Shown: positions 19,086 to 30,572 of the stretch, in pieces
Layout: each line of letters begins with the position of its first letter
Position numbering within the stretch: position 1 is the first letter of the stretch
From: an uncultured virus (IMG/VR IMGVR_UViG_3300049893_000201)
Taxonomy: Duplodnaviria > Heunggongvirae > Uroviricota > Caudoviricetes
Virus record (IMG/VR): IMGVR_UViG_3300049893_000201
Length of the DNA: 64,000 nucleotides
Reading direction: 5' to 3' (one strand)
Notes under the pieces: generated by a model
Seen by the model: the letters and a program-made list of their open reading frames with translations, nothing else
The model's database searches: none
What the model was told of the DNA's origin: nothing
Position numbers and translations under genes: made by a program

Positions 19086-22000
19086 TTTAACTGGTAATGT
19101 GTAAATGGTAAATATCCTATAAACGGTTTAGGCCCAAACTTAATCTCTCCGCCAAATTTTTTATTTGTTGGTTCTTCCATATAACCTCCACCAGGTAAAG
19201 GCATACGTTTTCTATTACCAGGGGGATTTTTTTGCCATTCATCACGATTTTGGCTCATTTTGTCCCAAAGAAGATAGGTTGTAGCTCCTAATCCTCCAGC
19301 TACGCCCGTTGCAGCACTTACGTTGATAATGGTACTTCTTAGGTTATCTAGTTTCCAGTTAAGACGTTGCAAGTCATTTACTTTGCTATTAGCGTCTGTC
19401 CACTCTTTATAAATTTTATCTTGCTGCTTTTTAAGTTCTTCTAATCGAGCGGTATCTTTAGCTGTATACATAGACTGCAATCTTTGAGTTTCTCTTTCTA
19501 CTTCAAAAGCTTCTTGCTCAAGTTGTGCTAGTCTACTTTTAGCCTTAGGTAAACCACCTTTAATTAATCCTTCAACTTTTTTAAACTCTCCGCTAGTTAT
19601 AATGTCATTAATTGTTTTCATATTTGCAGAACGACCCTCATAGCCAGCAAGTCGTTGACTATAAGATTTAAGGTCCGTTGGTATATTTGAACCTAAATAA
19701 CCAAATCCAAGATTATCTAAGTATTCATCAAAGTTAGCAAGAGTACTAGCGTATATAGAGTTACCATACTGAGGATCTGTTTTATTTGTAATAGATTTTA
19801 TACCTAAGTTTTTACTTACGTCTTTTAAAAATTCATCATGTTTTGTAAAATCATTGTTACTAGGTTGTAACCTTGGGTCTGAAATTCTATTTAGTAGTAT
19901 TAAATCTTCACTTTTAGTAATAGGCTTAACCCCGGCCTCAAGGTCTAAAGCTACACCTTCTCCAAAATGCTTATCTATTAAACTATTTACTGTCTTTAAT
20001 TCATCTTCATTAAAAATGTAATTTCCATCTGTTTGTCTAAAAACTGAGTTAACAAATTCTAAAGGATCATCAAAATTATTATCTAAACCCAGTTGTCTAA
20101 ATCCCGTAATCGTATCGCCAGGAAATTCCTGGTGTTTAGATGCTCCAAGCCTAACATAATTTTGACCTGTCCCGTAGATGGTTCCGCTTGGATTTTTAGA
20201 ATACCATGATTTAAAACCTTCTGCTGCATCTATACCTCTTTGCTCTAAACCACCTGCACTAACATTTCTAGATAAAATAGAATTATTAATATAATAGTCA
20301 TTAATAGCTAATTGCATTCTTTTAGGATCAGTAGCCACACGATCTGCATCTCCGATAAAGCCTATCTTAGAAAGAATCTCTTTATTTTTATTTACATCAG
20401 CAAAAGCACTTTCTGGAAATTGCTTACCTATAGATCCATTTTTACCAACAAGAGATTTAGCAAATTTTTCTTGAGCTTCTAGTACTTTACCAGTATCCCC
20501 AAAGTTTATATAAGTATCAATCCTATTAATGTGTTTTGGTTTACCTGATTCATAGGCATCCATTATTGTTTTTACAGTAGGATCAATACTATTAATAAGC
20601 TCATCAGCCGTTTTATTAATTTTGATATTTTTTGGATTACCACTTTTAATAGCAGCCTGTGTTGCTTCAAAAAACTCTTCAGGAAAACCTTGTCTAAATA
20701 ATTCTATTTCTCTTGAGTACTCAAATCCGTTTGCTCCCATTTGCCAAACAGGCTTTACCGTACCATCTGGATTTTCATGAATAATGTTAAAGTCAATATT
20801 GTAAGCACTTTCAGGATCATTTTTTCCGGCCTTAGACCCTCTTCCATCCGCACTAATATCATGTACTTGTGCTGAACCTTTTTGATCAGTTTTTTGAAAC
20901 TTATCTCTAACATTCTTATTATAATTACTTTCACTAATGAATACATCATAGTCATCAGATAAGTGTGGTAAATTTCCTTCAGCTACTCCTCGGCTAGACC
21001 CAAATACTTTTGCACCAGGAACAGTTTCTTCTACATAAGCAATATTGTTTTTAAGAGTTTCTTGATAGGGCTGACTAATATTTGGAGTATTAGTCGACAC
21101 GGTTTCTTTACTAAGGGTGCCTCTTTGTCCAGGTAATTTTTGACTTTCGTCTAAAGAAAAACTTTTTATTGATCCAGAAGGTTCAACACTAGCATCAACT
21201 AAGTTACCTGTTTTTAAATCTATAATTTGTTTTTGGCCAGTTGTAACCACACTTTGTCCGGTATGTGTATCTTTAGCAAAAAACGGAGAAGGCTCTGTAG
21301 CAACAAGTTTACCATCTACAAGTTTATAGTCAGAAGCTTTTTCAATTGTATTTCTTCTAAGTGGTAACATAGAATTCATAAACCCTTTACCTTGACTTTG
21401 TAAATTTAAACTTGCTCTTCTTTTACCTAGATAAGACATAAAAGCAGGATTACGCATTTTATTTTTAATATCCCAGTCTAATTCACTTACCTTGGTATCC
21501 GTAAGACTAAGTTCATTAAAAAGGTCTTGTGCTGTAATTTTACCGGAATCAATGTCTAATTGTAATTGTCTTCTAGCGGCAGGACTAAGAGCTTTATAAA
21601 AATCAGTTTCTTTTAATTTATCATATAGTGTTAATAAAGCATCACCACTACCCTTAAATAATTTTGACGAAGCATTAACAGCATCTTTTGCTAATTCTCG
21701 GCCACCTTTAAATAAACCGGCACCAAGTAAATCAGCACCTAGTAAACCTGTTTCTCCTGCAGCACTTGCTATGTTATTAAAATTTGGATCATCAATAGCT
21801 ACACTTATAGCTTGACGTGCATCAGAGTCAGGATTAAGTAATTGACTACCGACATATGATATATCGCCCGCAGTAATAGCGTTACCTAGATTTAATCCTG
21901 GAGCCCATGATGGCGCTGCAGTAAAAGCATCACCGAAACCTGCAATAGTGGCTTGAACATAAGGATTTGTTGAAGCCCATCCGTAAAATGCATCTCCCAA

Positions 22001-23131
22001 TCCCGCTAATCCAGCTTCTCCTAAGGCAACTGGTGCTAAAAAAGCAGATTCAAAAATTGGAACACTAGGTAAACCTGCAGCATCATAATCATATATACTT
22101 TTATTTCCATATTTATAATTCCTTACTTTATTAGAAAAATCTGTGGTATATTGATTCTTTTCTTTTTCTTGTAATATGTCATTTTCAATTTTTAACTGAT
22201 TCTCTAATTTTTGTTTATTATTTTTATTTTTTTCAAAAGCTGCATCAAATTGTAACTGATTTACTTTATCTTGTTGCTGTTGAATCTCATAAAGGGTCGC
22301 TAAATGTTGTTGTTTATCGGCATCTGTAATACCTGCGGCAATTGTTTCATCTGGGCTCCATAGTCCTACTCCTGCTAAGTCATTACCTACAAATTTAGAT
22401 TTTGCATACCCTGTATCAGGATCTATATATTGTATATCTTCTTGCTTTGGCTTAGTAGCGTTAGATATAAAACGTTCCTGCCTTTCTTTTTCTAAAACTT
22501 TAGGATCATTACTATTTGCATACTCGTTATTTATCCAGTTTGCTATTTCTTCTGATTTTTGATAAGATTTAAAATCATTGATTCCTTCAGGAAATGGATT
22601 TCTAGGTAAACCTGGAGCAGTCGTTTTTTTAGTGCTCGTTGTTTTAGTAGTTGTTTTTTTCTTAGCAGGTGGCAAACTTTGTATCCCAGAAAAAACTTGG
22701 TCTCTTATGAAATCACTGTTATTATAATTACGTATAACTGGACCTTTGGGGACACACCTTTTTAAAACAGAATCCCAAACATAACCTGGATCACAACCTG
22801 ATGCAGACATGCCATAGTCAGCTTTAGGTAGATTTTTATGCGCTACGTTTCCTCCATGTCTATAAGAGTTAATGTTACTTTTATAGTTATTAATAAGCTG
22901 AGCAATAACATTAGGGTCACTTATTTTATTGTTACTCATAGGTGTTTCATATACAAAGTTACCCGGAAACTGATAATTAGCTCCAGGCATCATCATTTGT
23001 TGATTGCCTAGATTATCTACACCTAATACAGGATACGGTACGCCTTCCATTGTTATGCGACCATCCGGTGTTGGAATTATGGTATCCTCTCCTGGATACT
23101 GCCATTGCCCATACTTAGTTACTTTTGCCAT
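19082..23131 (-). CDS. Polyvalent cargo protein (1349 aa) with a Pol-beta-type nucleotidyltransferase-like motif
   Basis: KVFGS-x14-DYDVFI ... YNIDFNII; N-terminal GQWxYPG..ITMEGVPYPVLG domain; C-terminal hydrophobic helix. Confidence 0.55.
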   Translation of the reverse strand: MAKVTKYGQWQYPGEDTIIPTPDGRITMEGVPYPVLGVDNLGNQQMMMPGANYQFPGNFVYETPMSNNKISDPNVIAQLINNYKSNINSYRHGGNVAHKNLPKADYGMSASGCDPGYVWDSVLKRCVPKGPVIRNYNNSDFIRDQVFSGIQSLPPAKKKTTTKTTSTKKTTAPGLPRNPFPEGINDFKSYQKSEEIANWINNEYANSNDPKVLEKERQERFISNATKPKQEDIQYIDPDTGYAKSKFVGNDLAGVGLWSPDETIAAGITDADKQQHLATLYEIQQQQDKVNQLQFDAAFEKNKNNKQKLENQLKIENDILQEKEKNQYTTDFSNKVRNYKYGNKSIYDYDAAGLPSVPIFESAFLAPVALGEAGLAGLGDAFYGWASTNPYVQATIAGFGDAFTAAPSWAPGLNLGNAITAGDISYVGSQLLNPDSDARQAISVAIDDPNFNNIASAAGETGLLGADLLGAGLFKGGRELAKDAVNASSKLFKGSGDALLTLYDKLKETDFYKALSPAARRQLQLDIDSGKITAQDLFNELSLTDTKVSELDWDIKNKMRNPAFMSYLGKRRASLNLQSQGKGFMNSMLPLRRNTIEKASDYKLVDGKLVATEPSPFFAKDTHTGQSVVTTGQKQIIDLKTGNLVDASVEPSGSIKSFSLDESQKLPGQRGTLSKETVSTNTPNISQPYQETLKNNIAYVEETVPGAKVFGSSRGVAEGNLPHLSDDYDVFISESNYNKNVRDKFQKTDQKGSAQVHDISADGRGSKAGKNDPESAYNIDFNIIHENPDGTVKPVWQMGANGFEYSREIELFRQGFPEEFFEATQAAIKSGNPKNIKINKTADELINSIDPTVKTIMDAYESGKPKHINRIDTYINFGDTGKVLEAQEKFAKSLVGKNGSIGKQFPESAFADVNKNKEILSKIGFIGDADRVATDPKRMQLAINDYYINNSILSRNVSAGGLEQRGIDAAEGFKSWYSKNPSGTIYGTGQNYVRLGASKHQEFPGDTITGFRQLGLDNNFDDPLEFVNSVFRQTDGNYIFNEDELKTVNSLIDKHFGEGVALDLEAGVKPITKSEDLILLNRISDPRLQPSNNDFTKHDEFLKDVSKNLGIKSITNKTDPQYGNSIYASTLANFDEYLDNLGFGYLGSNIPTDLKSYSQRLAGYEGRSANMKTINDIITSGEFKKVEGLIKGGLPKAKSRLAQLEQEAFEVERETQRLQSMYTAKDTARLEELKKQQDKIYKEWTDANSKVNDLQRLNWKLDNLRSTIINVSAATGVAGGLGATTYLLWDKMSQNRDEWQKNPPGNRKRMPLPGGGYMEEPTNKKFGGEIKFGPKPFIGYLPFTHYQLK

Positions 23132-26100
23132 TAACGTGGAGAATTAAGAAGTTTATTATTAATAATTTTAAGCATCATTTTTACATTATCGGAAACAGTT
23201 CGGATTAATACTACGTGATTAACATAGTGTCTAAACTTCTTTCTTTCAAATGGTGACTTATTAAGGTCTATGTTATTTATATTTAAGTTACGAATATAAC
23301 CGTTAACTTCCGTATCCCAAACAGGTTGTTGTGCTAAAACACCACCAATTAAGAATTCACCTCTGTTTCTTGTTACATCCCAGAACTGATTAAATCTGTA
23401 TTTTTGTTCTTCTTTAGAGAACAAAATTCTAATAAGGTTTGTTGCTGTATCTATCTGAGGGTAGTTAACAATAACCGGAGCGTTGTTCTTAGGACTTAAG
23501 TTAAGATCTAATAATCCAGAAACCTGCTCGTTGTTATATACTACAGCCCTATTAAAATTATAGTCTAATACTTCATATCTGTCTGTGCCGTCATTGTCGT
23601 ATACATAACACTCTAATAAGTATTCGATACTTCTTGTAGTAGTCACAGTTTGTCCAGTAGCAGACACATAATCTATCTCAAACGGATAGTCTACACCGTA
23701 GTAGTTACAGAACTTGGATGTATTATTAAAGTGCCTCCAGATGTTACCTATACCATTTTGAGTCTTAGTAGTAAGAAAACCTTTAACGCTAGATATACCT
23801 AGCTCTGGGTGCCAATCATGGAACGATAACCAGGCTTTAATTTTTGGATCAAAACTTATAGTCCAAGATGCATCATTAAAATAATAAGGGTCACCTAATT
23901 CTACTAGCGTACCTTTATAATAAAAGTCTTTATTATTTAGTAGTTGCATATCTTGCAAGAACTGAGGCTTTACAGTATAATCATTCTTAGAGAAGTATAT
24001 AATTTGATTCTCATTATCAAATGTAGATTGACATCCGATACCTATAACAGGATTACCGACAAGCTGGAAATTAGGATACTGATCTAATAAGAAATAGTGT
24101 AAGTATTTTGTAAACCACCATTTCATTCCTAGATCGGATATCGGCTGCATCCCTTCAACAATAGTAAAGATCTTACCTTGTAAAGCACTCATCCAGTATA
24201 CACCAGCCGGAGTATTAATTACGGATAATCTATCTTGACAAGAACCATGTTGGAATTCTATATCAGCATTACTTAAAGTCTGTAATGGTTGGCTGAATAA
24301 ACCACCGTCACCAATAGTAATCTTAGTTCCTGATGTAGTCTCTAGATTATCTACTGCATTAAATAAAACCGGGCTAGCTTTTTCTTGTAGGATAAGTGCT
24401 CCGTTACGATTTATAGACTTAAATGCTGTAACCTTACTATCGAAGTCATAGTAGTTGTTTACTAAAAATATTCTCCAGTAATCTTTTTTATCTTCAATAT
24501 TAGAAGGTAAAGAATAAATTACTCGGAATGGGTAATACCTAAAACAACTTTCGGCGGTATATGGATTATACAAAGTTCCTTGTGCGGCTCCCCAAGAAAT
24601 GTAATTATTAAGAGTACGAGACACTCCAAGAGATATCTCATACTTATAGTAGTTACCATTTTTAATTATAGGAGTATCAAATAACTCTGATAAATCTGTA
24701 AACTCGTAAGGATCATAAATTTTTTCTTCCGGTCTATCTCCGTAATCTCTGTGATCAATGTTATACTCAGACTCAACAAAGAAATCTCTAATACCTGATT
24801 GAAACATATACATGTAGGCATTAAAGACACCAAGTTTTAAGTTGCCGAAGGTATTATCAAAACCTTCAAATGCTTGACCACCATCTAAGTTAAACTTACC
24901 TGATGGAAAAGCGGTTTGAATTGCAGTATCCACTCCACCAGGGGTAATATTATCAATAAGCGTAGAGCTTAAACCTTGTATAAAGTTATCTGATGCATAT
25001 TTAGTAAAGTCTGCCCAGTATGTCGGAAAAGTTATCATATACTTTAAAGTATAGTCTATTTCTACACCATCTGGTACATTATACAGCCAATCATAAAAAT
25101 AAAAGAAAGTATTCTTCTCAGTATATCTTCCAACATATGTGTCTCCTCCAAATATTGATGGAGTATTAGAAACTATAACTTTTCCGGCTGCCGTAGGATC
25201 TAAAGGTTCATTACCATTTACTATAAAAGTACATCCTGTAGTAATTTGATTAGTAGATGTTATCTGACCATACTGGTTTCTTAATCTAATTTTTAGAGCT
25301 CCGTAGTAAGCTTGTGCAGTTGCGTAAAATCTACCTGTGCTTGGATTTTTATAGCTAATACCTTTATTAACAATATTGGGTATATTACTTGCGACAGAAC
25401 CAATAGTTTGTACAGAGTTATCTGTTATTGCTGGGACAAATGCCCCAGTATTCAAAATATTTTTAGTAGTCTTAATTGCAACACATCGTGATCTATATAG
25501 ATTATTAACTCTTAAATCACCTAACGTTTGAAATTGATTATCTAGATAAGTAATTTTATCTATAAGTCTTCTTTGGTTAGAGATTTTAGCTGCACCCTTT
25601 TGAAATTTAAATAGCCCTAGGTGAGCCTTGGATCTCATAACATAATCTCTGTAAGGTACTAAAGCTCTCATTAACTCCAATGTGGAGTCTGTACCCTGTG
25701 CCCAGAAATATCCAAAAGTTACAACACCACCAGCAGCTTTAAAAAGAGAAGGGGTATATCTATAATCACTAAATTCTACAGATGTGTCATAAGAAGAACC
25801 AAATCCTCCTGTAGTAGGTGTTAGTGTTGAGGCAAGTGTACTTAAGGCATTATTTAACGTATTATAAAGTATTTGTGATGATGCTAAATCAACACCACTT
25901 ACAGCAAGTGATGCGGCATTTGCTAAACTAGTTAAAGCAGCCACATATTGAGGCTGATCAGTTAAGGCCCCATTTCCATTACCAATTACACCACCAGAAT
26001 TAATAATACCAAGACCTTGACCAAGTAAAGATCCAGAAATACCCGCATTAAATTTTCTAGGGCCATTTACTGTTCTAACATCTCTACCTCTAACACTTCT

Positions 26101-28338
26101 AGCTGCAATACTTAATCCTACTATTGCTGAAATAACAAACGCTGTATTAGTAAGAAGTTTTTCTTTAGGGTGCCCGGGCATTGGATCAAATGATGCCTCC
26201 ATGTTATAGTTACACCCCTTTTCTCCATAAAGCTTTAACTCACTTACAGATAAATACGGATATTCTAAATTAGTATCGGGAGAGTGAAAAGTAAAATAAT
26301 TATTTTTTACAAATGCTGAAGAGAGAGGTCTTGTAGCTTGGTTACCTTGAAAATCTTCATTTGCTGTAGATAACGTATAATCAGTACCTACATAGTTACC
26401 TAAATAGTTTTGATAAAGAATCTCCGCGTCATCGGCTTGGTATGTTGCAGTATCTCCGCGCTCTCTGTAAGAACGCATGTTATTTACAATACCTTTTGCA
26501 ATAACGGTTTTATTACCTTGGCGAGAAGATCTTAAAATTTCATACCCTACAATGCCTGGTATAATATTACCTTGATTATCAACAGGCGCTTTAATATTTC
26601 CAAATTCAACACCTAGTATTCTAATTGCTACAGGTCTTGTTAACAATATAGCCCCGGATCCATTAAAAGTAGTATCGGTAGCCCTTATATGAGAAAAATT
26701 AAAGTTATCATAATAGTTACCAATAGTAGTTCCATTAGAGTTGAAACCATCAGCCGGCATTTTATGATGTCTTATATGTTTACCACATAAGTCATACGTA
26801 TAAACATTAGGACCAACACCAAATAAAGTAGGGTTAGATGAGGGATTCCATACATCCGGTTGGTTATCAGGATATATCTCTGTAGATTCCCAGTAACCCA
26901 TTTTACCTCTGGCTATAACTTGGTTTTCAATAACAGGATCATTAGGTGCTGGAAGAAGTCCTACTGGTGATGTAATATGAGCTGTATTATATACTTCCCA
27001 AGTTTTTGCTTGATAAGTATTGTCCTGCTCAAACTCAATATTATCTGGAGTAGTAATACCAGCTATTTGTGTTTCCCAGCTATAAGGTGCGCGTCCAGGA
27101 ATATGATATGAGCTAGATTTTTTACCATCGTTATATACCCATCTAATCCAGAAAGCGTATACTTCATCTCTCATATAACCTACCTGGTTGCCACCCTTTT
27201 CATAATAGTCAAAAGGCTGCTCAGTCATTACCCATTCTGCAGTAATCTGATTAGCAAAAGGTTGGTAGTTAAAGTCTAACTTATCTGTAGGAGCTACACG
27301 AATAAGATAACCATTTACGTCGTACATAGCTTCTGATTTCTCATAACCTGGTGTACGTAGTGGTATTGTATTAAGTGCAACTGTAGGTAAAGTAGGATTT
27401 ATAAAATCAATACTTAGACTTTTTGTTCTTGTGCTATAATATCCAATTTCTTTAGCAACAGTTTGCTGATTAGTTGTAGATACTACAACTAACTGAAACT
27501 CATCAAAATTTTCTGTATCTAAATTACTAAATGTAATGTCTAAAGAACTGCCTCCATTTCTGTGTACAAATAAAGCTTGTATCTCAGATGGATTAAAATA
27601 ATCTGTAACCTTTTGCTGATTTTCAGAATAAGCTATTACAGCAAAGTATGATCCGTTTAATAATTGACCACCTGCTAAACCCCTAGTTACTGATACACAT
27701 GGAATTGTCATGTGTTTTTCAAGTCTTATCTTATCGCAGTTAAGTTGTAAGGGTATAAGAGGTTCACAAGTAACACAGTTACTATTAGGGTCATTAGGAG
27801 AAGTGTTTGTTAAATCACAAACATACGGTACTCCTGGCCAAGGCTCATTATTAAATATATTAGGATAAGGTTCATTTAAATCACCAATATTTAATTTACG
27901 GCTTGGGTTAAGTCCATCATCCCAGTAAAGGTCATAAGTACAGTCAAATTTATATTTAGAATCACCTATAATAAGGTTTTCTCTATTAAAGGCTAAGCAC
28001 GGGTCATTTACTATAGCTGTGTATGTACAAGTAGGCTGATAAAATAAACCTATCTCACTATTGGTATCATCTGTAGAAAAGATAATAAAATAGTCTTGGA
28101 TTAATGGAATAGAACCTATAATAGTATATGGGGCATTAGTACATAGAACGTTAGCCGGCTCATTACCAACTACTCCTATGTCCCCGGTTTTACTATTGTT
28201 TACTAAATTCCTTGCATGATTCCAAGTTCCTTCTGGCATAAAACTATTATCATAGTCTTTAACCATGCCCTTGTTAAAGGCATTAGTTGTTATATCAGAA
28301 GTATTCTGTGAATCAACTTCTCTATTTTTCTTAGCCAT
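23131..28338 (-). CDS. Tail stabilisation / muzzle protein (crAss-like)
   Basis: N-terminal FNKGMVKD...WNHARN...GNEPAN pattern, beta-rich, 1735 aa, follows the ring-protein genes. Confidence 0.7.
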   Translation of the reverse strand: MAKKNREVDSQNTSDITTNAFNKGMVKDYDNSFMPEGTWNHARNLVNNSKTGDIGVVGNEPANVLCTNAPYTIIGSIPLIQDYFIIFSTDDTNSEIGLFYQPTCTYTAIVNDPCLAFNRENLIIGDSKYKFDCTYDLYWDDGLNPSRKLNIGDLNEPYPNIFNNEPWPGVPYVCDLTNTSPNDPNSNCVTCEPLIPLQLNCDKIRLEKHMTIPCVSVTRGLAGGQLLNGSYFAVIAYSENQQKVTDYFNPSEIQALFVHRNGGSSLDITFSNLDTENFDEFQLVVVSTTNQQTVAKEIGYYSTRTKSLSIDFINPTLPTVALNTIPLRTPGYEKSEAMYDVNGYLIRVAPTDKLDFNYQPFANQITAEWVMTEQPFDYYEKGGNQVGYMRDEVYAFWIRWVYNDGKKSSSYHIPGRAPYSWETQIAGITTPDNIEFEQDNTYQAKTWEVYNTAHITSPVGLLPAPNDPVIENQVIARGKMGYWESTEIYPDNQPDVWNPSSNPTLFGVGPNVYTYDLCGKHIRHHKMPADGFNSNGTTIGNYYDNFNFSHIRATDTTFNGSGAILLTRPVAIRILGVEFGNIKAPVDNQGNIIPGIVGYEILRSSRQGNKTVIAKGIVNNMRSYRERGDTATYQADDAEILYQNYLGNYVGTDYTLSTANEDFQGNQATRPLSSAFVKNNYFTFHSPDTNLEYPYLSVSELKLYGEKGCNYNMEASFDPMPGHPKEKLLTNTAFVISAIVGLSIAARSVRGRDVRTVNGPRKFNAGISGSLLGQGLGIINSGGVIGNGNGALTDQPQYVAALTSLANAASLAVSGVDLASSQILYNTLNNALSTLASTLTPTTGGFGSSYDTSVEFSDYRYTPSLFKAAGGVVTFGYFWAQGTDSTLELMRALVPYRDYVMRSKAHLGLFKFQKGAAKISNQRRLIDKITYLDNQFQTLGDLRVNNLYRSRCVAIKTTKNILNTGAFVPAITDNSVQTIGSVASNIPNIVNKGISYKNPSTGRFYATAQAYYGALKIRLRNQYGQITSTNQITTGCTFIVNGNEPLDPTAAGKVIVSNTPSIFGGDTYVGRYTEKNTFFYFYDWLYNVPDGVEIDYTLKYMITFPTYWADFTKYASDNFIQGLSSTLIDNITPGGVDTAIQTAFPSGKFNLDGGQAFEGFDNTFGNLKLGVFNAYMYMFQSGIRDFFVESEYNIDHRDYGDRPEEKIYDPYEFTDLSELFDTPIIKNGNYYKYEISLGVSRTLNNYISWGAAQGTLYNPYTAESCFRYYPFRVIYSLPSNIEDKKDYWRIFLVNNYYDFDSKVTAFKSINRNGALILQEKASPVLFNAVDNLETTSGTKITIGDGGLFSQPLQTLSNADIEFQHGSCQDRLSVINTPAGVYWMSALQGKIFTIVEGMQPISDLGMKWWFTKYLHYFLLDQYPNFQLVGNPVIGIGCQSTFDNENQIIYFSKNDYTVKPQFLQDMQLLNNKDFYYKGTLVELGDPYYFNDASWTISFDPKIKAWLSFHDWHPELGISSVKGFLTTKTQNGIGNIWRHFNNTSKFCNYYGVDYPFEIDYVSATGQTVTTTRSIEYLLECYVYDNDGTDRYEVLDYNFNRAVVYNNEQVSGLLDLNLSPKNNAPVIVNYPQIDTATNLIRILFSKEEQKYRFNQFWDVTRNRGEFLIGGVLAQQPVWDTEVNGYIRNLNINNIDLNKSPFERKKFRHYVNHVVLIRTVSDNVKMMLKIINNKLLNSPR

Positions 28339-28340
28339 AA

Positions 28341-29249
28341 TTAAACAGCGTTATTTACTCTTAGGTTAGTCATTGGATAAGGATACGATTTAAACATATC
28401 ATAATACTTACCATACATTGCTTTACGGTTCATAGCCCATACTTTTTCCATTTCTGAGAAGTTAGGGGTATTAACAATCGATAAAGCGTTATTTCTAGCA
28501 GCTCTATATTCTCCAGAAACTAGTTGTAACTGAGGAGCTACGTTTATGCCATCCATTACTAAATTTTCTAAGATACGTTTTTTAAGACCGTATTCATAGT
28601 ATTCATTAAGCATAGGATGATTAGGTACCATTAATTCTCCATCTTCATTCTCTAATGTACCTTGGTAATTAATATATAAATTACCATCTTGGAAGTTAGT
28701 ATAAATCCAGCCATCTTTAATATAAGCTTCATCCTTTGCCCAACTTGTCTGTAGATTAGGGCAGTCACAATCTACAAACTGTGAGTTTCTAAATCTAATA
28801 GGAGCAAAGGTCTTATATGTTCTAGTCTGATTATTAATAACTTGAATAAGCTGATATGTTGTACCACACTGAGTTAAACATACTGGCTGTTGTGGCAAGG
28901 ATACATTAGAACAATAATTAGCCTCTACCCAAGGGCGGTACTCAGGTAAAACTTCCTGAATATTAGTTCCTTGCGGTGTAGAAAAAGTTTCTGTGTATTC
29001 TCCGCAGATTAAAGCAAAGTTCATTACATAAAAATCTTCTGGTAGTCTTACGCGTCCCTTTTCAACTTTAAGTAACTTTTCTTTAGTCATGTATATACGT
29101 AGACCTAAATCATAATTGATACGTATAGCCACTTTAATAAGCTGTGACGCATCAATAGTTCCATCTGTTGTTAAGCTTTTTAAATCAACCTTAACATCTT
29201 CAAGAAGTGATTCAAAGGTTCTGTATTTAAGAGTATAATTATAGTTCAT
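28341..29249 (-). CDS. Tail ring / tubular (adaptor) protein
   Basis: LPEDF and YIKDGWIYTNFQDGNLYINY motifs typical of crAss tail tubular proteins; synteny. Confidence 0.6.
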   Translation of the reverse strand: MNYNYTLKYRTFESLLEDVKVDLKSLTTDGTIDASQLIKVAIRINYDLGLRIYMTKEKLLKVEKGRVRLPEDFYVMNFALICGEYTETFSTPQGTNIQEVLPEYRPWVEANYCSNVSLPQQPVCLTQCGTTYQLIQVINNQTRTYKTFAPIRFRNSQFVDCDCPNLQTSWAKDEAYIKDGWIYTNFQDGNLYINYQGTLENEDGELMVPNHPMLNEYYEYGLKKRILENLVMDGINVAPQLQLVSGEYRAARNNALSIVNTPNFSEMEKVWAMNRKAMYGKYYDMFKSYPYPMTNLRVNNAV

Positions 29250-29914
29250 GATCTAAATACTGATTGTTTATCCGATATAAATTGGTCTTGTGGTATTTGT
29301 GCTGACTTAAAGAAATCCGCTACCACCTGTTGCTCTATTTCTGCAAATAACTCTGGTGGAACACCAAGTAACTGATCTTGTCTTTGCATACAAGGATCGT
29401 CACATAATAGTCCATCTAAACCTCCGTCAAAAATACCTTCTATAGATAAGCTATCCCATTCTATATTTGGTATGTAAATATAATTATCTAGAATCCAGTA
29501 GTATACATTTTTATTATACTTAAACGCAGAAGTCCTAGTCATACTATTGTATAATGTAGGTGTAGTTCTAGTAGCTTCAGTATAACCGTCAATTGATGCT
29601 ACAGATCTTAGCAAAGGTCCTTGAGGTCCTTCCATTATATTAGGAAGTTTGTCTTTAGTTCTTTTAATAAGTACTCCTGATTTAGGATCACAACATGCCT
29701 CTACTCTATCTACATCTATTAACTCTACACATGGTAGACGAGTAAACAAGCTTGAGAATTTACTTCCTGTACCTTGCATACTCTGTCTTTTAATATACAT
29801 TGCAGCATACTTCATTATTAAAGAGTAGATAACTCTATCTGTAATAAAGTCATCCATATCGGCTGCTTTAATAATGTTCCTTACTCGGGAAACTGCTTCA
29901 CCTACTGTTTTCAT
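29246..29914 (-). CDS. Tail ring / adaptor protein
   Basis: Synteny; YYWILDNYIYI motif; coupled by an ATGA overlap. Confidence 0.55.
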   Translation of the reverse strand: MKTVGEAVSRVRNIIKAADMDDFITDRVIYSLIMKYAAMYIKRQSMQGTGSKFSSLFTRLPCVELIDVDRVEACCDPKSGVLIKRTKDKLPNIMEGPQGPLLRSVASIDGYTEATRTTPTLYNSMTRTSAFKYNKNVYYWILDNYIYIPNIEWDSLSIEGIFDGGLDGLLCDDPCMQRQDQLLGVPPELFAEIEQQVVADFFKSAQIPQDQFISDKQSVFRS

Positions 29915-30495
29915 ATTAGATCAAATTCGTTATATGTATCGAGTTTACTCTCGTTGTATTTCTGTATTTTGTGATTAGTATTATACATTTGAAACAGTTT
30001 AGAAACTACAACTGTTTTATCTACAGCTAAGTATCTTTTCCAGTTCTCTTTAAACTCTTTTGTTACAGCTCTTTTAAAATATCTATTAGCTGTAAATCCC
30101 CATAGAACCCTATCTTTAAGTTTATACCTTGATGAATAGTTACTATAGAATATTTTACCTATAGATCCATCCGTCTCCCAGTTCTTATGAGTTACTTTTA
30201 CACCATACTTAATTGATTTACCGTAATCTATATTTTCCTTTGATGGCTGTTGACAAGCACCTACAAATAGATAGCCTAGATTCTGTGGTAACTCAATACC
30301 GTCCCTATTTTCAATTGTACTTTTCCAAAGCTTTTCGTTAAAAGCTTTTATCACTTTTTTAAAAAGTGTCCTATCTGCATCTTTATGCTCTGGATACTTT
30401 TCCTTAAACGCTTTAATGAAATCTCCATCAATTAATTTAAGTTTAGGCATTCTATACCTGGGCTGATTCAGATTTGGTTTATTAAATTTCTGCAT
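29911..30495 (-). CDS. IHF/HU-like DNA-binding protein
   Basis: Basic protein with GIELPQNLGYLFV, similar to the HU V-x-L-x-x-F-G-x-F arm; crAss-like phages carry IHF-like genes in the structural block. Confidence 0.55.
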   Translation of the reverse strand: MQKFNKPNLNQPRYRMPKLKLIDGDFIKAFKEKYPEHKDADRTLFKKVIKAFNEKLWKSTIENRDGIELPQNLGYLFVGACQQPSKENIDYGKSIKYGVKVTHKNWETDGSIGKIFYSNYSSRYKLKDRVLWGFTANRYFKRAVTKEFKENWKRYLAVDKTVVVSKLFQMYNTNHKIQKYNESKLDTYNEFDLI

Positions 30496-30572
30496 AGGCC
30501 TTACTATAATTTACAAAATTTCTTTCAGCTTTAAAAGTAATACTTAATTACTTGAGAAACAAATATTAGTGA

